Shown piece by piece: positions 22,031 through 32,723 of a stretch of 64,000 nucleotides of DNA (the first letter of the stretch is position 1; each line of letters starts with the position of its first letter). Position numbers and translations under genes: made by a program. The notes under the pieces were generated by a model. The model searched no databases. It worked only from the letters and a program-made list of their open reading frames with translations, and had not been told where the DNA came from. Source of the stretch: an uncultured Chloroflexia bacterium (GTDB lineage: Bacteria > Chloroflexota > Anaerolineae > CG2-30-64-16); assembly GCA_963810095.1 (NCBI GenBank), contig CAWEMM010000009.1, forward strand, positions 576,001-640,000, read 5' to 3'.

Positions 22031-22829
22031 ATGCGCTGGGAAGAACTCACGGGCGACGAGTTCCCGCTCGCCGTGGAGCGGGCGGCTGGCGTGTGCCTCA
22101 TGCCCTGTTCGGTGATCGAGCGCCACGGTCACCATTTGCCGCTGGGAACCGACATGTATATCGGCCGCGAGGTGTGCCGCCGGGCGGCGGAAGCCGAGCC
22201 GGCCATCATCTTTCCCGAGAATATCTTCGGCCAGATTGCGGAAGCCCGCCACGTTCCCGGAACGATTGCGTTTCCGGTCACTCTGAGCCTCCAGTTCCTG
22301 GAAGCGGCGTGTGACGAAATCGCGCGCAACGGCCTGCGCAAGATCGTGCTGCTTAATTCGCACGGCGGGAACAGCTACCTGCTCGCACTCTTCGCTCAGG
22401 CCCAGCTCAGCCGTCCTCGGCCGTACACGCTGTACGTGGTCGACCCGATTCTCCTGCCTTTCGAGGCTCCCGAACTCGAGGCACAGTGGGCAACCAAGGT
22501 CGACGGCCACGCAGGCGAGAGTGAAAGCAGCGCGCTCCTCGCCGCCCGCCCCGACCTCGTCGACCTGGATACGTGTCCCGCCGGCGACGAAGGCATGCCG
22601 CTGGGCCGGCTCGACGCGCTCCGGGCTGCGGGCGTGTACACGGGCATCTGGTGGTACGCCGACCACCCCACGCACTATCGCGGCGACGGTCGGGCCGCCA
22701 CCGCGGCAAAGGGCGAGCTGCAGTTCCAGATCTACGCAGGCCGCCTGGCCGCTGCGCTGCGCCTGATCAAGCAGGACACCGAAACACCCCCGGCTGCTCG
22801 CCGAGTTTCACGCCCACACCAAGCATTGA
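22031..22829 (+). CDS. Creatininase family protein (probable frameshift in C-run near 22788)
   Basis: E.HG.HLPLGTD, NSHGGN, HAGESE motifs. Confidence 0.88.
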
Positions 22830-22844
22830 GTCGGACGGCGGTGA

Positions 22845-22929
22845 AATAGGCCGCTGATCGAACTGATCCGCCTGATTAGCATGATCTTTCAGATCCGCAT
22901 CAGGCAGATCAGTTCGATCCGGGGGCAAT
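22845..22929. repeat. CTGATC-family palindrome copy 2, overlapping the aroB 3' end
   Basis: GATCGAACTGATCCGCCTGAT...ATCAGGCAGATCAGTTCGATC. Confidence 0.65.
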
Positions 22930-24503
22930 CTCTCTCAGCGCCGCACGCACGGCTTCCTCGGGTACGTCCTCCACCAGCCGTACCCTGCCGATGTCCTCGA
23001 TCACCACGAAGCGCAGGCTGCGGCCCCGGCGCTTCTTGTCGGTGCCCATCGCCGCCATCACCGCATCCTCATCGAATGCGTAGGTGACGGGCAGCCCCAG
23101 CCGGCCGAGCATTTCGCGCAGCCGGTCGGCCATGCCCGGCGTCGCAGGTCGGCGAGCCGCTCGCTCAGTGCCGCGGCGGCGACGATGCCGATCGCGACGG
23201 CCTCCCCGTGCCGCAGCCTGAACCCGGAGACAAGCTCGAGCGCGTGGCCGAATGTATGCCCCAGGTTAAGCCAGGCCCGGTCGCCCGTCTCGTACGGATC
23301 GCGCTGGACGATCTCTGCTTTCACCCGCACGGCGGCTGCGATCATCTCGCTCAGATCCGCCGGCCCATCTCCCAGCAACTGCCGGAAGAGGATCGGGTCG
23401 CCAATAATCCCCGACTTGACCACTTCGGCCAGTCCCGACCGGAATTCGGCGCCCGGCAGGGTTGCGAGCACGTGTGGGTCGATGAGGACGACCTCCGGCT
23501 GCTTGAACGCGCCGACCAGGTTCTTGCCCTCGGGCAGGTCCACTGCCACCTTGCCGCCCACGCTCGCATCGACCATCGACAGCAGGGACGTCGGGATTTG
23601 CACGAAGGGCACGCCCCGCAGCCACGTGGCGGCCGCAAAGCCCGCCATGTCCCCGATCACGCCCCCGCCCAGCGCGATAATTGGCTCCTCCCGGGCCATC
23701 TTGGCCTCGGCCAGGCCCCGGTAGAGGCGTTCGACGGTCGCCAGTGTCTTGTGGGCCTCGCCATCAGGCGCACTGAGCACCACCGGCTCGAACCCCTTGA
23801 GCGTCAGCGCAGAGAGCAGGCCGGGAAGGTGGTATTCTGCAACGGTCGGATTGGTGACGATTGCGCACCGGCCCGGCTTGATGCCCGCGCAGGTGAGGCG
23901 CGTGCCTGCTTCGCCGAGGATGCCTTCGGCAATCAGGACATCGTAGTTTCCCTCGGGCGTGCGGACAGGCACCCGATGACTGCCTTCGGGCAGGGCGGCG
24001 GTGAGCGCAAGGATACGGTCGGCCACCTGTTCCGCAGTCAGGCCGGTGGTGTCGACATGATAGGGCAGGGCTGCATAAGCATCGGCCCGTTCGGCCAAAA
24101 GGCTCCGGACTCGCTCGGCCCGGTCGCCCTCGCCAAGCACCGGGCGGCCGCCGCCCGCGCCGACCCGCTCTAGGATCGTTTCGGGCGATGCTTCCAGGCA
24201 AACGACCGTGCCTGCAGCCAGCAGCGCCTCCCGGTTGGTCGCGCGCAGCACTGCGCCGCCGCCGGTTGCCACGACGAGCCCGGTCGACGTTTCCAGCCCG
24301 CGACAAGCTTCCGTTTCGAGCTCGCGGAATGCGTGCTCGCCGTCCTCCGCAAAGATGGCAGGGACCGGCTTCCCCGCGACCGCCTCGATCCGTTCGTCGA
24401 GATCGAGGAACCGCCAACCCAGCCGCCGCGCAAGGAGCCGGCCGACGCTGGTCTTGCCGGTGCCCATGAAACCGGTGAGGATGATATTACGAGTTGCTGT
24501 CAT
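22909..24503 (-). CDS. aroB: Shikimate kinase / 3-dehydroquinate synthase fusion (AroK-AroB; frameshift near 23145)
   Basis: N-terminal GFMGTGKT...ATGGG; C-terminal DGEAHK, GGGVIGD, DASVGGK, LNLGHTFGHA, HGEAVA, DKK. Confidence 0.93.
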
Positions 24504-24591
24504 CGATGCTTCGCGACCCTGTTCTCCCGCCAACATCGGGGGATAATCCAACAGTCTTCCGAGAGACCGTTCCTCGGTGTTTCCGGCCCAG

Positions 24592-25776
24592 CTACACTTC
24601 GTACCGGAACCGCCAGGTGGCGTTGTCGACCGGCAGATCCTCCAGCCGGCTTCGCCGCAGGCTTGCGAACCTCGGCAGCTGCTCTTCCAGCGAGTCGCCG
24701 CCCAGCTTCTCCAGCAGCGCGTCGGCCAATACCCATGCGGCCATGGCTTCCCCAATCACGACCGCTCGCGGCACCGCACAGAAGTCCGAGCGCTCATACT
24801 TCGTAGGCGCAGGCTGCCCAGTGGCCAGGTCGACGGACATGAGCGGGTTCAGCGTCGTGCTGATCGGTTTCATCGCCACCCGCAGCACGACCGGCTCGCC
24901 CGTGGTCACGCCGCCCTCCAGCCCACCGGCCCGGTTGGTCGACCGGCGCAGGTTGCCGTCCTCGTCGCGCTCGATCTCGTCATGCACCTCGGTCCCCCGC
25001 AGGCGGGCATTGGCGAAGGCCGGCCCGATCTCCACGCCCTTCATCGCCTGGATGCCCATCATCGCGGCGGCCAGCCGGGCGTCCAACTTCCGGTCGAACT
25101 GGACATGGCTGCCGAGTCCCGGTGGCACGCCGAGCGCAACCACCTCGAAGACCCCGCCGAGCGTGTCCTTCGCCTGCATCGTCTCTCGGATGGCCTGGCG
25201 CATCTGCTCTGCGGCAGCCGGATCGGGGCAGCGTACGTCGTTGTCCTCCGCTGCGGCAAATCGCGCGGGATAGGACATCTCGTCGGTTAGTTCGGCTTCC
25301 ACAGGGCCAATTGACGTAACATAGCCCCCGACGGTAATCCCAAACTGCAACAGGTAGGCCCGGCAGATCGCGCCCACTGCCACCCGCATCGTCGTCTCAC
25401 GGGCGCTCGCTCGTTCGAGCGCAAGGCGCAGGTCCCGGTAACCGTACTTGACCGCGCCGGTCAGGTCCGCGTGCCCCGGCCGGGGAATCGTCATCGGCGG
25501 CACGTCTTTCTCGGCCCAGGCCTTGTAGTCCAGGTTCGCCACCTCCAGGCCGATGGGCGCACCCGTGGTCTTGCCCCCAACGACCCCCGCTGTGACCCGG
25601 ACCCGGTCCTTCTCAATCTTCATACGCCCGCCCGCGCCGTACGCGACTTGCCGCCGCTCGAGCTCTCGGTCGATGATTGAGGCGGTGACAGGCAGGCCCG
25701 CGATCAGGCCGTCGAGGATCGCGGTGAGGGTGGGCCCGTGACTCTCGCCCGCGGTGAAGAAGCGAAGGGGAGACAT
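24592..25776 (-). CDS. aroC: Chorismate synthase
   Basis: TAGESHG, PRPGHAD, ERASARET, NRAGGLEGG, MKPIST, ERSD. Confidence 0.97.
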   Translation of the reverse strand: MSPLRFFTAGESHGPTLTAILDGLIAGLPVTASIIDRELERRQVAYGAGGRMKIEKDRVRVTAGVVGGKTTGAPIGLEVANLDYKAWAEKDVPPMTIPRPGHADLTGAVKYGYRDLRLALERASARETTMRVAVGAICRAYLLQFGITVGGYVTSIGPVEAELTDEMSYPARFAAAEDNDVRCPDPAAAEQMRQAIRETMQAKDTLGGVFEVVALGVPPGLGSHVQFDRKLDARLAAAMMGIQAMKGVEIGPAFANARLRGTEVHDEIERDEDGNLRRSTNRAGGLEGGVTTGEPVVLRVAMKPISTTLNPLMSVDLATGQPAPTKYERSDFCAVPRAVVIGEAMAAWVLADALLEKLGGDSLEEQLPRFASLRRSRLEDLPVDNATWRFRYEV

Positions 25777-26385
25777 CAGGTGAGCAATCCTTCCTGCAAT
25801 AGAGGTGGGTGTGCGTAGCGGAAGCCGACCACCTGCATCCAGGCGGGCTCGGGGTGCGGGTTGCGTGTCACCGTCATCCCCAGCTTGCGCATGACCCCCT
25901 GCGACGCTGCGTTTTCGTACTGCGTCGTCGCAAGGACTCGCCAACGCGAAGCTCGCCGAAAGCGTAGTCGATCATCGCACCTGCGGCTTCAGTTGCATAC
26001 CCGCGGCGCTGGTGCGCGGGATCGACCGCCCAGAACATCCCGAACTCCGGCACGGCCTGACCGGAATGGCCCGGTCCCGGCGTACGGGCCAGTTCGGGGA
26101 TCTGGTCGAACGGCATGAGCAGCGGCACGTAGCCCACCGATCCGATCAGCTCGCCGGTCGATCGCAGGACGATCGCCCGGTCGCCGTACGGAGGCTGGTT
26201 CATTGCCGGCAGCCAGCGCGCGCTGAGCGTACTCCACTCGAGCCACGAGCCGCGTTCGGCAAGCCCGGCATCGAGATGCTCTGACCGCTCGGCGCCAAAC
26301 GCCTCGTTGAGGATCGGTGGATCTCCGCAAGGTCCGCATTGACAAACGGCCGGATGATTAGCCGGTCTGTTACGAGATCGTCCAA
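25776..26385 (-). CDS. RimJ/RimL-type GNAT acetyltransferase (two frameshifts)
   Basis: TDRLIIRPF, LIGSVG, HQRRGYATEA, N.ASQ.VM.KLG across frames; stop overlaps the aroC ATG. Confidence 0.75.
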
Positions 26386-26395
26386 ACCCGCCTCC

Positions 26396-26614
26396 TCATG
26401 CCGTTCCCTCGCCCGACGCGTTCGGTAATTCCTCGTCGCACCGCACGCAGTTCAGCTCGTAGCCGAGGAACCCGGCCCGGCCCTCCGGCTCGAGCACCCA
26501 GGGCCGAAAAGAGAAGGGCGGCGCGTGGCGCACGTGCTGGCCATGCCCGCAGGCCAGCTCGGCCACCCAATCACCCTCATCGTCCAGGTGCCAGCCGGTA
26601 ATCGCTCGCTTCAC
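26396..26614 (-). CDS. DUF3565 family protein
   Basis: I.G.H.D.EGDWVAEL.CGH.QHVRH.PP...RPWV...C..C signature. Confidence 0.85.
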   Translation of the reverse strand: MKRAITGWHLDDEGDWVAELACGHGQHVRHAPPFSFRPWVLEPEGRAGFLGYELNCVRCDEELPNASGEGTA

Positions 26615-26645
26615 AGGCGAAGTTTACCTGTCGACCGGGACCGCG

Positions 26646-27492
26646 TCAACCGCCCGCGGCCGCGGCCCGCATGACTTCTAAGGGCGCAGCCACGCCCGTC
26701 CACAGCTCGAACGACCGGGCCCCCTGGTGCACCAGCATGCCCAGGCCGTCGACCGCCGCGCGCGCCCTGCGCCGCGGCAAGCGTCAGGAACTCCGTCCGC
26801 CGGTGGTAGATCAGGTCATAGGCGACCTGTCCGGGGCGAAAGGACACGTCCGCGTCCCACGGCAGCGGCTCGCCTTCATGCAGGCCCAGGCTCGTGGCAT
26901 TGACGATCAAGGTGGCCTCGGCTGCCGACGCTGCTCAGCCCAGACGGGAACGGCGTGGCCGACAGGCGGGCCGCCGAGGAAGGCAGCGCCTGCCCAACGG
27001 CCGCGCACAGGGCCTGCGCCTTGGCGAGCTCTCTCGCGCACACGGCGACGCTGCTGCCCGCCTCGGATAGCGCATGGACTACCGAACGTGCGGCGCCCCC
27101 AGATCCGATCACCACGGCCCGTTGGCCCCCGCCGATGCCGTGATCGGCCAGATCTTGCAGAAAACCGTAGCCATCCGTGGTGTCGCCCAGTAGAGCGCCG
27201 TCCTCCGTGACGACGATCGTATTGACTGCACCCGTCGCCTGCGCCGCTGGCGTGAGGCTGTCGAGGTAGCCCATCACCGCCTGCTTGTGCGGCACGGTGA
27301 CGTTTGCACCCCTAAAGCCCAGCGCGCGCAGCCCGCCTACAGCTTCTCCGACCCGTTCCGGCGGCACGGGGAGTGGCACGTACGCCCAGTCGAGCCCGAG
27401 CGCCGGAAGGCGGCGTTGTGCATCGCCGGGCTGAGGCTGTGGCCGACCGGCCAGCCGATAATCCCGACCAGGCGCGTGCTCCCCGAGGTCAT
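26646..27492 (-). CDS. aroE: Shikimate dehydrogenase (about 3 frameshifts)
   Basis: G.PVGHSLSPAMHN, NVTVPHK, GAVNT, GSGGAAR, VNATSLG, DGLGMLVHQG across frames. Confidence 0.9.
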
Positions 27493-27502
27493 GTCTTCCC
27501 TC

Positions 27503-27530
27503 CAGAAGCCGGGTTTCTGCGAAGAATCCG
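27503..27530. repeat. Degenerate AAACCNGGTTT-type palindrome (non-coding copy)
   Basis: CAGAAGCCGGGTTTCTG-cgaagaatccg just upstream of aroE. Confidence 0.5.
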
Positions 27531-27563
27531 CCTCTCTACGTAGAATCCCGCCCTCTGATCCGA

Positions 27564-27658
27564 AATGGGACGCCGATGCAACTGGTTGAACTGATCCGCA
27601 CGGTCCTTTGGACAAAGATCGTGATAATCAGTCCGATCCGTTCAGTCAGTGTCCTGTT
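27564..27658. repeat. CTGATC-family palindrome copy 3
   Basis: AATGGGACGCCGATGCAACTGGTTGAACTGATCC...ATCAGTCCGATCCGTTCAGTCAGTGTCCTGTT. Confidence 0.55.
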
Positions 27659-27713
27659 ACATCCCGCGTTGTCCAGCAGCGCGGGGTGAAGGTCTAGGCT
27701 CCCAGTCCGGACG

Positions 27714-29085
27714 TTACGCAGCGCGCCAACGGATATCCGCGCCGAGCGCCCGCATCGCCTCGACAAAGCCGGGGAAGGAATCGTCGATCGCCTCCGCGCC
27801 GCGCACGATCGTCTGGCCGTCGGCCACCAGGCCGGCCACCGCGAGCGCCATGGCGAGCCGGTGGTCGCGATGACAATCCACCTCCGCCCCTCGGAGCTTC
27901 GCCGGCCCGTGCACGACCATGCCGTCGGGACGCTCCTCGATCTTCGCGCCCATCTTGCGTAGCTCGGCGGCGGCCGTCGCGATGCGATCCGACTCCTTCA
28001 CCCGCAGCTCGCCCGCGTCGCGCACCGTGGTCGTTCCCTCGGCTTGGGTGGCAAGCACCGTGAAAATGGGGAACTCGTCGATCGCCCGCACGACCACGTC
28101 GCCGCCCACCTCGATCCCATGCAAATCTGCCGCGCGCACGGCCAACTCGCCGACCGGTTCACCCGCGTCCGCTTCGTCCTCGTCACCGTCGCCCGCCGTG
28201 CCGAGATCGAACGCTTGCGCGGCCAGCCCGCCCATCTGCAGCAGCAGGTCGAGCAAGCCGGTGCGGGTTGGATTCAGCCCCACGTTGCGCAAGGTCACGC
28301 GCGACCGTCCGACGATGGTCGCGGCGACCAGCGGAAACGCAGCCGACGAGAAGTCGCCGGGGATGACTAGCGGGCGCCCCGGGCGGGCTTTTAGGGTTTG
28401 GCCGCCGCGCAGCTGCCACGTGGGGGCCCTCCGCATCCACCTTCACGCCGAACCACCTGAGCATTCGCTCGGTGTGGTCGCGTGAAGGACCGGGCTCGTG
28501 CACCACGGTTTCGCCCTCTGCAAAAAGCGCGGCGAGCAGGATGGCCGATTTCACCTGGGCGCTGGCCACGGGAAGGGTGTAGTCGATCCCGTGGAGGCCA
28601 CCGCCGCGAATGGTCAGCGGCGGCAGGCGCCCCCCGTCCTCTCCTTCGACCGTTGCGCCCATCAACCGGAGCGGCTCGGCCACCCGCCCCATCGGCCGGC
28701 GGCGCAGTGCCTCTGTGCCGTCAAGCGTCGCGGCGAAGGGCTGGCCCGCCAGCAAGCCGGCGAGCAGGCGCATGGTCGTGCCCGAGCCCGCGCAGAACAG
28801 CACATCGTCCGGCTGGGTCAGGCCGCGCAGTCCCTTGCCTTTGATGCTTAGCAAACCAGGTTTCTCAGAGAAACCCGGTTTGTTGACCTCTTCAATCTCA
28901 GCGCCGAGCGCCTGCATGCAGCGCCTGGTCGCCAGGCACACCTCGGCGGGCACCCACCCCTCGATCAGCATCTCCCCTTCCGCGATGGACCCAAGCATGA
29001 GGGCGCGGTGCGTGATGGACTTGTCGCCCGGCGCGGTGACAGTACCGCGCAGCGGGCCCGACGATCGGATGATTAGGTCGGCCAT
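27714..29085 (-). CDS. aroA: EPSP synthase (frameshift near 28400)
   Basis: PGDKSITHR, SGTTMRL, RRPM, ASAQVKSA, RDHTE, PGDFSSA, IDEFP, ELRVKESDR, DHRLAM. Confidence 0.95.
28850..28884. repeat. In-frame palindromic element inside aroA (NKPGFSEKPGLL)
   Basis: AGCAAACCAGGTTTCTCAGAGAAACCCGGTTTGT, near-identical to 47225-47258. Confidence 0.8.
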
Positions 29086-29096
29086 GTTTCTCCTGA

Positions 29097-29951
29097 TCAG
29101 GTGTGCAGCCCGCTGCGGAGTTCCTGCGCCTGGGCAAGACGCGCGCGCAACTCATCCTCGTTCCCAGTCACGAGCAGATCGCGCAGGCCTGACAATTCAC
29201 GGCTGTACAGTTGCAGCCACTCGAGCACGGCCGAGCGGTTCGTCATGAGGATGTCGAGCATCATTTGCACGTCGCTTGCGGCGACGCGGGTGGTGTCACG
29301 AAAGCCCGATGCGGCCAGCGCCCACGCCAGCGGGTCGTTGCCGGTGCTCAGCGCGTTGACCAGCGAGGCCGCAGCCAGGTAGGGCAGGTGGCTGATGGCG
29401 GCGGCAGCCCGATCGTGGGCCTGCGGGTCGAGCGTCACGACATAGCTTCCTACGCTCTCGGCCAGCGACTGCGCCCGCTGAAGGGCTGCGCCTGAGGTGC
29501 GGGGCAGGGGACAGAGCACGAAGGTCTTGCCCACGTACAGCCCGGCTTCGGCTGCGGCAAACCCGCCGACTTCTTTGCCGCACATCGGGTGCCCGCCCAC
29601 GGGCTCGAGCCCGGGCGGGAGGAGATTCATCGTTTCGCAGACCGCGGACTTGGTGCTGCCCAGGTCCAGGACGAGCGTGCCGGGGTTGGCATGCCGCCCG
29701 ACCTCGGGGAGCTGGCGCAGCAGGGTACGCACCGGCGTGGCCAACACCACGACATCGACCCCCCCGACGCCCTCTGCCACGTCCCCGACGCCGCAGTCAA
29801 TCGCGCCGGCAGCCTGCGCGTCAAGGAGGGTTTGCGGGCTGCGGCTCACGCCCACGATCGTCGAAGCCCACCCCGCGCGCGCAGCCCCGAGCGCGAGCGA
29901 CCCCCCCATCAGCCCCAGCCCAACGATGCAAACAGAGAGCTCTCTCGTCAT
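29097..29951 (-). CDS. tyrA: Prephenate/arogenate dehydrogenase
   Basis: VGLGLMGGSL, DLGSTK, GGHPMCG.E, HD...A.ISHLP, GFRDTTRVA. Confidence 0.93.
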   Translation of the reverse strand: MTRELSVCIVGLGLMGGSLALGAARAGWASTIVGVSRSPQTLLDAQAAGAIDCGVGDVAEGVGGVDVVVLATPVRTLLRQLPEVGRHANPGTLVLDLGSTKSAVCETMNLLPPGLEPVGGHPMCGKEVGGFAAAEAGLYVGKTFVLCPLPRTSGAALQRAQSLAESVGSYVVTLDPQAHDRAAAAISHLPYLAAASLVNALSTGNDPLAWALAASGFRDTTRVAASDVQMMLDILMTNRSAVLEWLQLYSRELSGLRDLLVTGNEDELRARLAQAQELRSGLHT

Positions 29952-29961
29952 AAGCACAGCT

Positions 29962-30038
29962 GAACAGGAAGGACCGAAGGACACGAAGAACCCGTCAAGA
30001 TTCCCTTTGAGGCTTTTGGTGCCTTGGTTCGTCCTGTC
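29962..30038. repeat. CAC(A/G)AAG-family intergenic palindrome
   Basis: GAACAGGAAGGACCGAAGGACACGAAG...TTTTGGTGCCTTGGTTCGTCCTGTC. Confidence 0.55.
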
Positions 30039-31051
30039 ACATCGTCCTCCCGAGCGCAGGCGCAAGCTGCCTGAGCTCGCGGATCAGGGCCGCGTACTTC
30101 TCGGGCTTGAGCGACTGGGCACCGTCGGACATGGCCTGCGCAGGATTGGGGTGCACCTCGATCATTAGCCCGTCCGCGCCCGCCGCAATGCACGCCTTCG
30201 CGGTCGGGCCAATCAGTTCCCACTTCCCCGTGCCGTGGCTGGGGTCGCCGAAGATCGGGAGATGCGTCCACTGTTTCATCAGCGCGATTGCATTAATGTC
30301 GAGCGTGTTGCGCGTCGCCGTCTCGAAGGTGCGGATGCCGCGTTCGCACACCATCACCTGCCGGTTGCCGCCGCTCAGCACGTACTCGGCCGCCATCAGC
30401 GTCTCCTGGATCGTGCCCATCATGCTGCGCTTGAGGAAGACCGGCGTGCGCGTCTTCCCCACCGTCGTCAGCAGGGGGAAGTTCTGCATGTTGCGCGCCC
30501 CAATCTGAAACACGTCGGTGTACTTGCCGACGAGCGGCACGGCCTCAGACGACATCACCTCGGTAATGATGGGCAGTCCGCTCTCCTCGCGTGCCTCGGC
30601 CAGCATCTCCAGCCCATCCTCGCCCAGGCCCTGGAACGAGTAGGGCGAGGAACGCGGCTTGAACGCACCCCCGCGCAGCATGTCGGCCCCCGCTTCCCGC
30701 ACGGCGCAGGCGGTCTCGATCAGCATCGACCGACTCTCGACGGAGCACGGGCCGGCGATCATGGTGAGCTTCGGACCACCCACCTCCACGCCCCGCACGT
30801 CGATAACCGTGTTCTCCGGATGGAAGTCCCGGCTGGCGAGTTTGAACGGCTGGAGGATGCGGACGACCTGCTCGACGCCCGCCAGCATCTCGAAGTTGTG
30901 CGACTGGATCGGCCGGTCGTCGCCCACGACCCCAATGATGGTGCGCTCGGTGCCCTGCGAGAGGTGGGCCTTATAGCCCATCGTCTCGACTTGCTTGACG
31001 ACCGTGTCGATATCGGCCGCCGATCGCGGTCCGCTTCATGACGATGATCAT
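30037..31051 (-). CDS. aroF: DAHP synthase type I-beta with N-terminal regulatory domain (frameshift near 31022)
   Basis: MIIVMK N-terminus, [47 protein letters not shown]. Confidence 0.93.
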
Positions 31052-31074
31052 GTGTGCCTCCCGATGACCTTAGT

Positions 31075-31142
31075 AACACAAAGGCACAAAGACACAAAGG
31101 CACGAGCTGTTTTGGTCTTCGTGTCTTGGTGTCTTTGTGTTA
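31075..31142. repeat. CAC(A/G)AAG-family intergenic palindrome
   Basis: AACACAAAGGCACAAAGACACAAAG...CTTCGTGTCTTGGTGTCTTTGTGTT. Confidence 0.7.
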
Positions 31143-31149
31143 TCTCTAC

Positions 31150-32394
31150 TCACCGCGCCGCCGGGTAACTTCCGAGCAGCTTCAGAAACGCCGTGCGCGT
31201 GAGCAGGCCGAGCAGCGCCCGGTTAATCGTGGCATCCTGCCAGTGCCCTTCGAGGTCCACGTAGAAGACGTAGTGCCACGGCCGGTTGCGGCGGGGGCGG
31301 CTCTCGATCTTCGTCAGGTTGATGCTGCGGGTGGCCAACTCGCCCAGGACGTGGTACAGCGCGCCGGGCGTGTGCATGGTGGCGAACACGATCGAGGTTT
31401 TGTTGTGCTTGCCGGGCGGCGGCTCTTCCCTGCCGAGCAAGAAGAAGCGGGTCGTGTTGTCGTGCGAGTCTTCGATACCCGCATCCAGCACTTCGAGGCC
31501 GTACGTCTCGGCTGCCAGGGAACTGGCAATGGCAGCCACGCCCGGCTCGGGCTTTGCGGCCAGGTCGCGCGCCGCGCCGGCGGTGTCGTACGCCACTACA
31601 GCTTCCCAGCCGCGTGTACGCAGATACCGCTCGCATTGGGCCAGCGCCTGGTAATGCGAGTAGACCCGCTTGATGTCGCCCGGCTTCGTGCCCGGCGCAG
31701 CCAGCAAGCAGTGGCGCACGCGCAGCTTCACCTCTCCCACCACCCGCAGGTCATGATCGAGCAGCAGGTCGAAAGCCTGGTTGATCGACCCCGCCTGCGA
31801 GTTCTCGACCGGCAGCAGCCCGAGGGTCGCCCGGCCTTCCTCGACGGCCCGGAACACCGCCTCGAAGTCAGGGCACGCGACCGTGTTAACCTGCGTGCCA
31901 AAGTGCTGGAAGATGGCCTCTTGTGAATACGCGCCGGGCTCACCCTGGAAGGCGACGGTGTGGAGCACCTCGGTGTGGTGCTTCCCGTTCGCCTTGGGCG
32001 CATCCGCCGCCGGTTCTTCGATCGGTGTGAACTCTGAACCGATGTCGGGGCGCAGCCGCACGGCCTCGCGCAGGTAGATGTGGCGCACGTCGTAGATCGG
32101 GCGCTCGGTATTCCAATGGATCAGCGTGCGGACCGTGCGGGGGAGGCCCTCGTCCGTCTCGATCTCCACTGCGCTGAGCAGCGGCACGTGATGCCAGCCG
32201 AACTCGCGGGCCGCCCGCGCGGGAAATGCGGCCGTCAGATCAGGCGTGACCGTGAAGATCGCGCTCGCGACGTCCTCCGGGTTCACGCTGTTGGCAGTGA
32301 CGATGGCGGCGAGTAGTTCCTGCGTGGCAGTGAGAATCGCCTCGACGGTGTTGGATTCCACGGTGGTGGCGCCGCGGATGCCTCGAACGGCCAT
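31150..32394 (-). CDS. pheA: AroH-type chorismate mutase fused to prephenate dehydratase + ACT domain
   Basis: N-terminal VRGIRGATT...FT.T.DL.A.FPA..AR...HIYLREA..LRPD; C-terminal [35 protein letters not shown]. Confidence 0.92.
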   Translation of the reverse strand: MAVRGIRGATTVESNTVEAILTATQELLAAIVTANSVNPEDVASAIFTVTPDLTAAFPARAAREFGWHHVPLLSAVEIETDEGLPRTVRTLIHWNTERPIYDVRHIYLREAVRLRPDIGSEFTPIEEPAADAPKANGKHHTEVLHTVAFQGEPGAYSQEAIFQHFGTQVNTVACPDFEAVFRAVEEGRATLGLLPVENSQAGSINQAFDLLLDHDLRVVGEVKLRVRHCLLAAPGTKPGDIKRVYSHYQALAQCERYLRTRGWEAVVAYDTAGAARDLAAKPEPGVAAIASSLAAETYGLEVLDAGIEDSHDNTTRFFLLGREEPPPGKHNKTSIVFATMHTPGALYHVLGELATRSINLTKIESRPRRNRPWHYVFYVDLEGHWQDATINRALLGLLTRTAFLKLLGSYPAAR

Positions 32395-32473
32395 GATGAG
32401 ACCTCCTCCTTCTTCGCTGCCTTGTTGGGCGGGTGCACGCAGCGCACACATGAGCCCAACAAGAGGATGAAAT

Positions 32474-32504
32474 AAAAAAAGCGTGGAAGCTGGGCCTCCA
32501 CGCT
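32474..32504 (-). terminator. Attenuator terminator upstream of aroH-pheA
   Basis: Minus strand AGCGTGGA-ggcccagct-TCCACGC followed by T7. Confidence 0.85.
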
Positions 32505-32530
32505 CGGCTATTCTTGGCTGGACTCTGGCG

Positions 32531-32632
32531 TCATTGCTTCAGCGGCAAACCATCTCCAGCCGGCGGGGGGCAAAGCCGGGGCGGGCTGGAATAATAAAAG
32601 AAGAAATAGCGGCTGATCAGCAGAAGACGCAT
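32531..32632 (-). CDS. Phe/Tyr-rich leader peptide [33 protein letters not shown]
   Basis: 33-codon ORF with six consecutive Tyr/Phe codons, GAGGT RBS, located between promoter and terminator. Confidence 0.82.
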   Translation of the reverse strand: MRLLLISRYFFFYYSSPPRLCPPPAGDGLPLKQ

Positions 32633-32693
32633 CGGGTTACAACCTCAGTGCGAGTGATGGGTCACGATCAGTACCCGTGACACAAGTGGCGGG

Positions 32694-32723
32694 ATGATAG
32701 CACGGCGTTCGCGCAATTGTCAA
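32694..32723 (-). promoter_or_regulatory. Sigma70 promoter of the aro operon
   Basis: Minus strand TTGACA-N18-TATCAT with extended TG. Confidence 0.6.
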
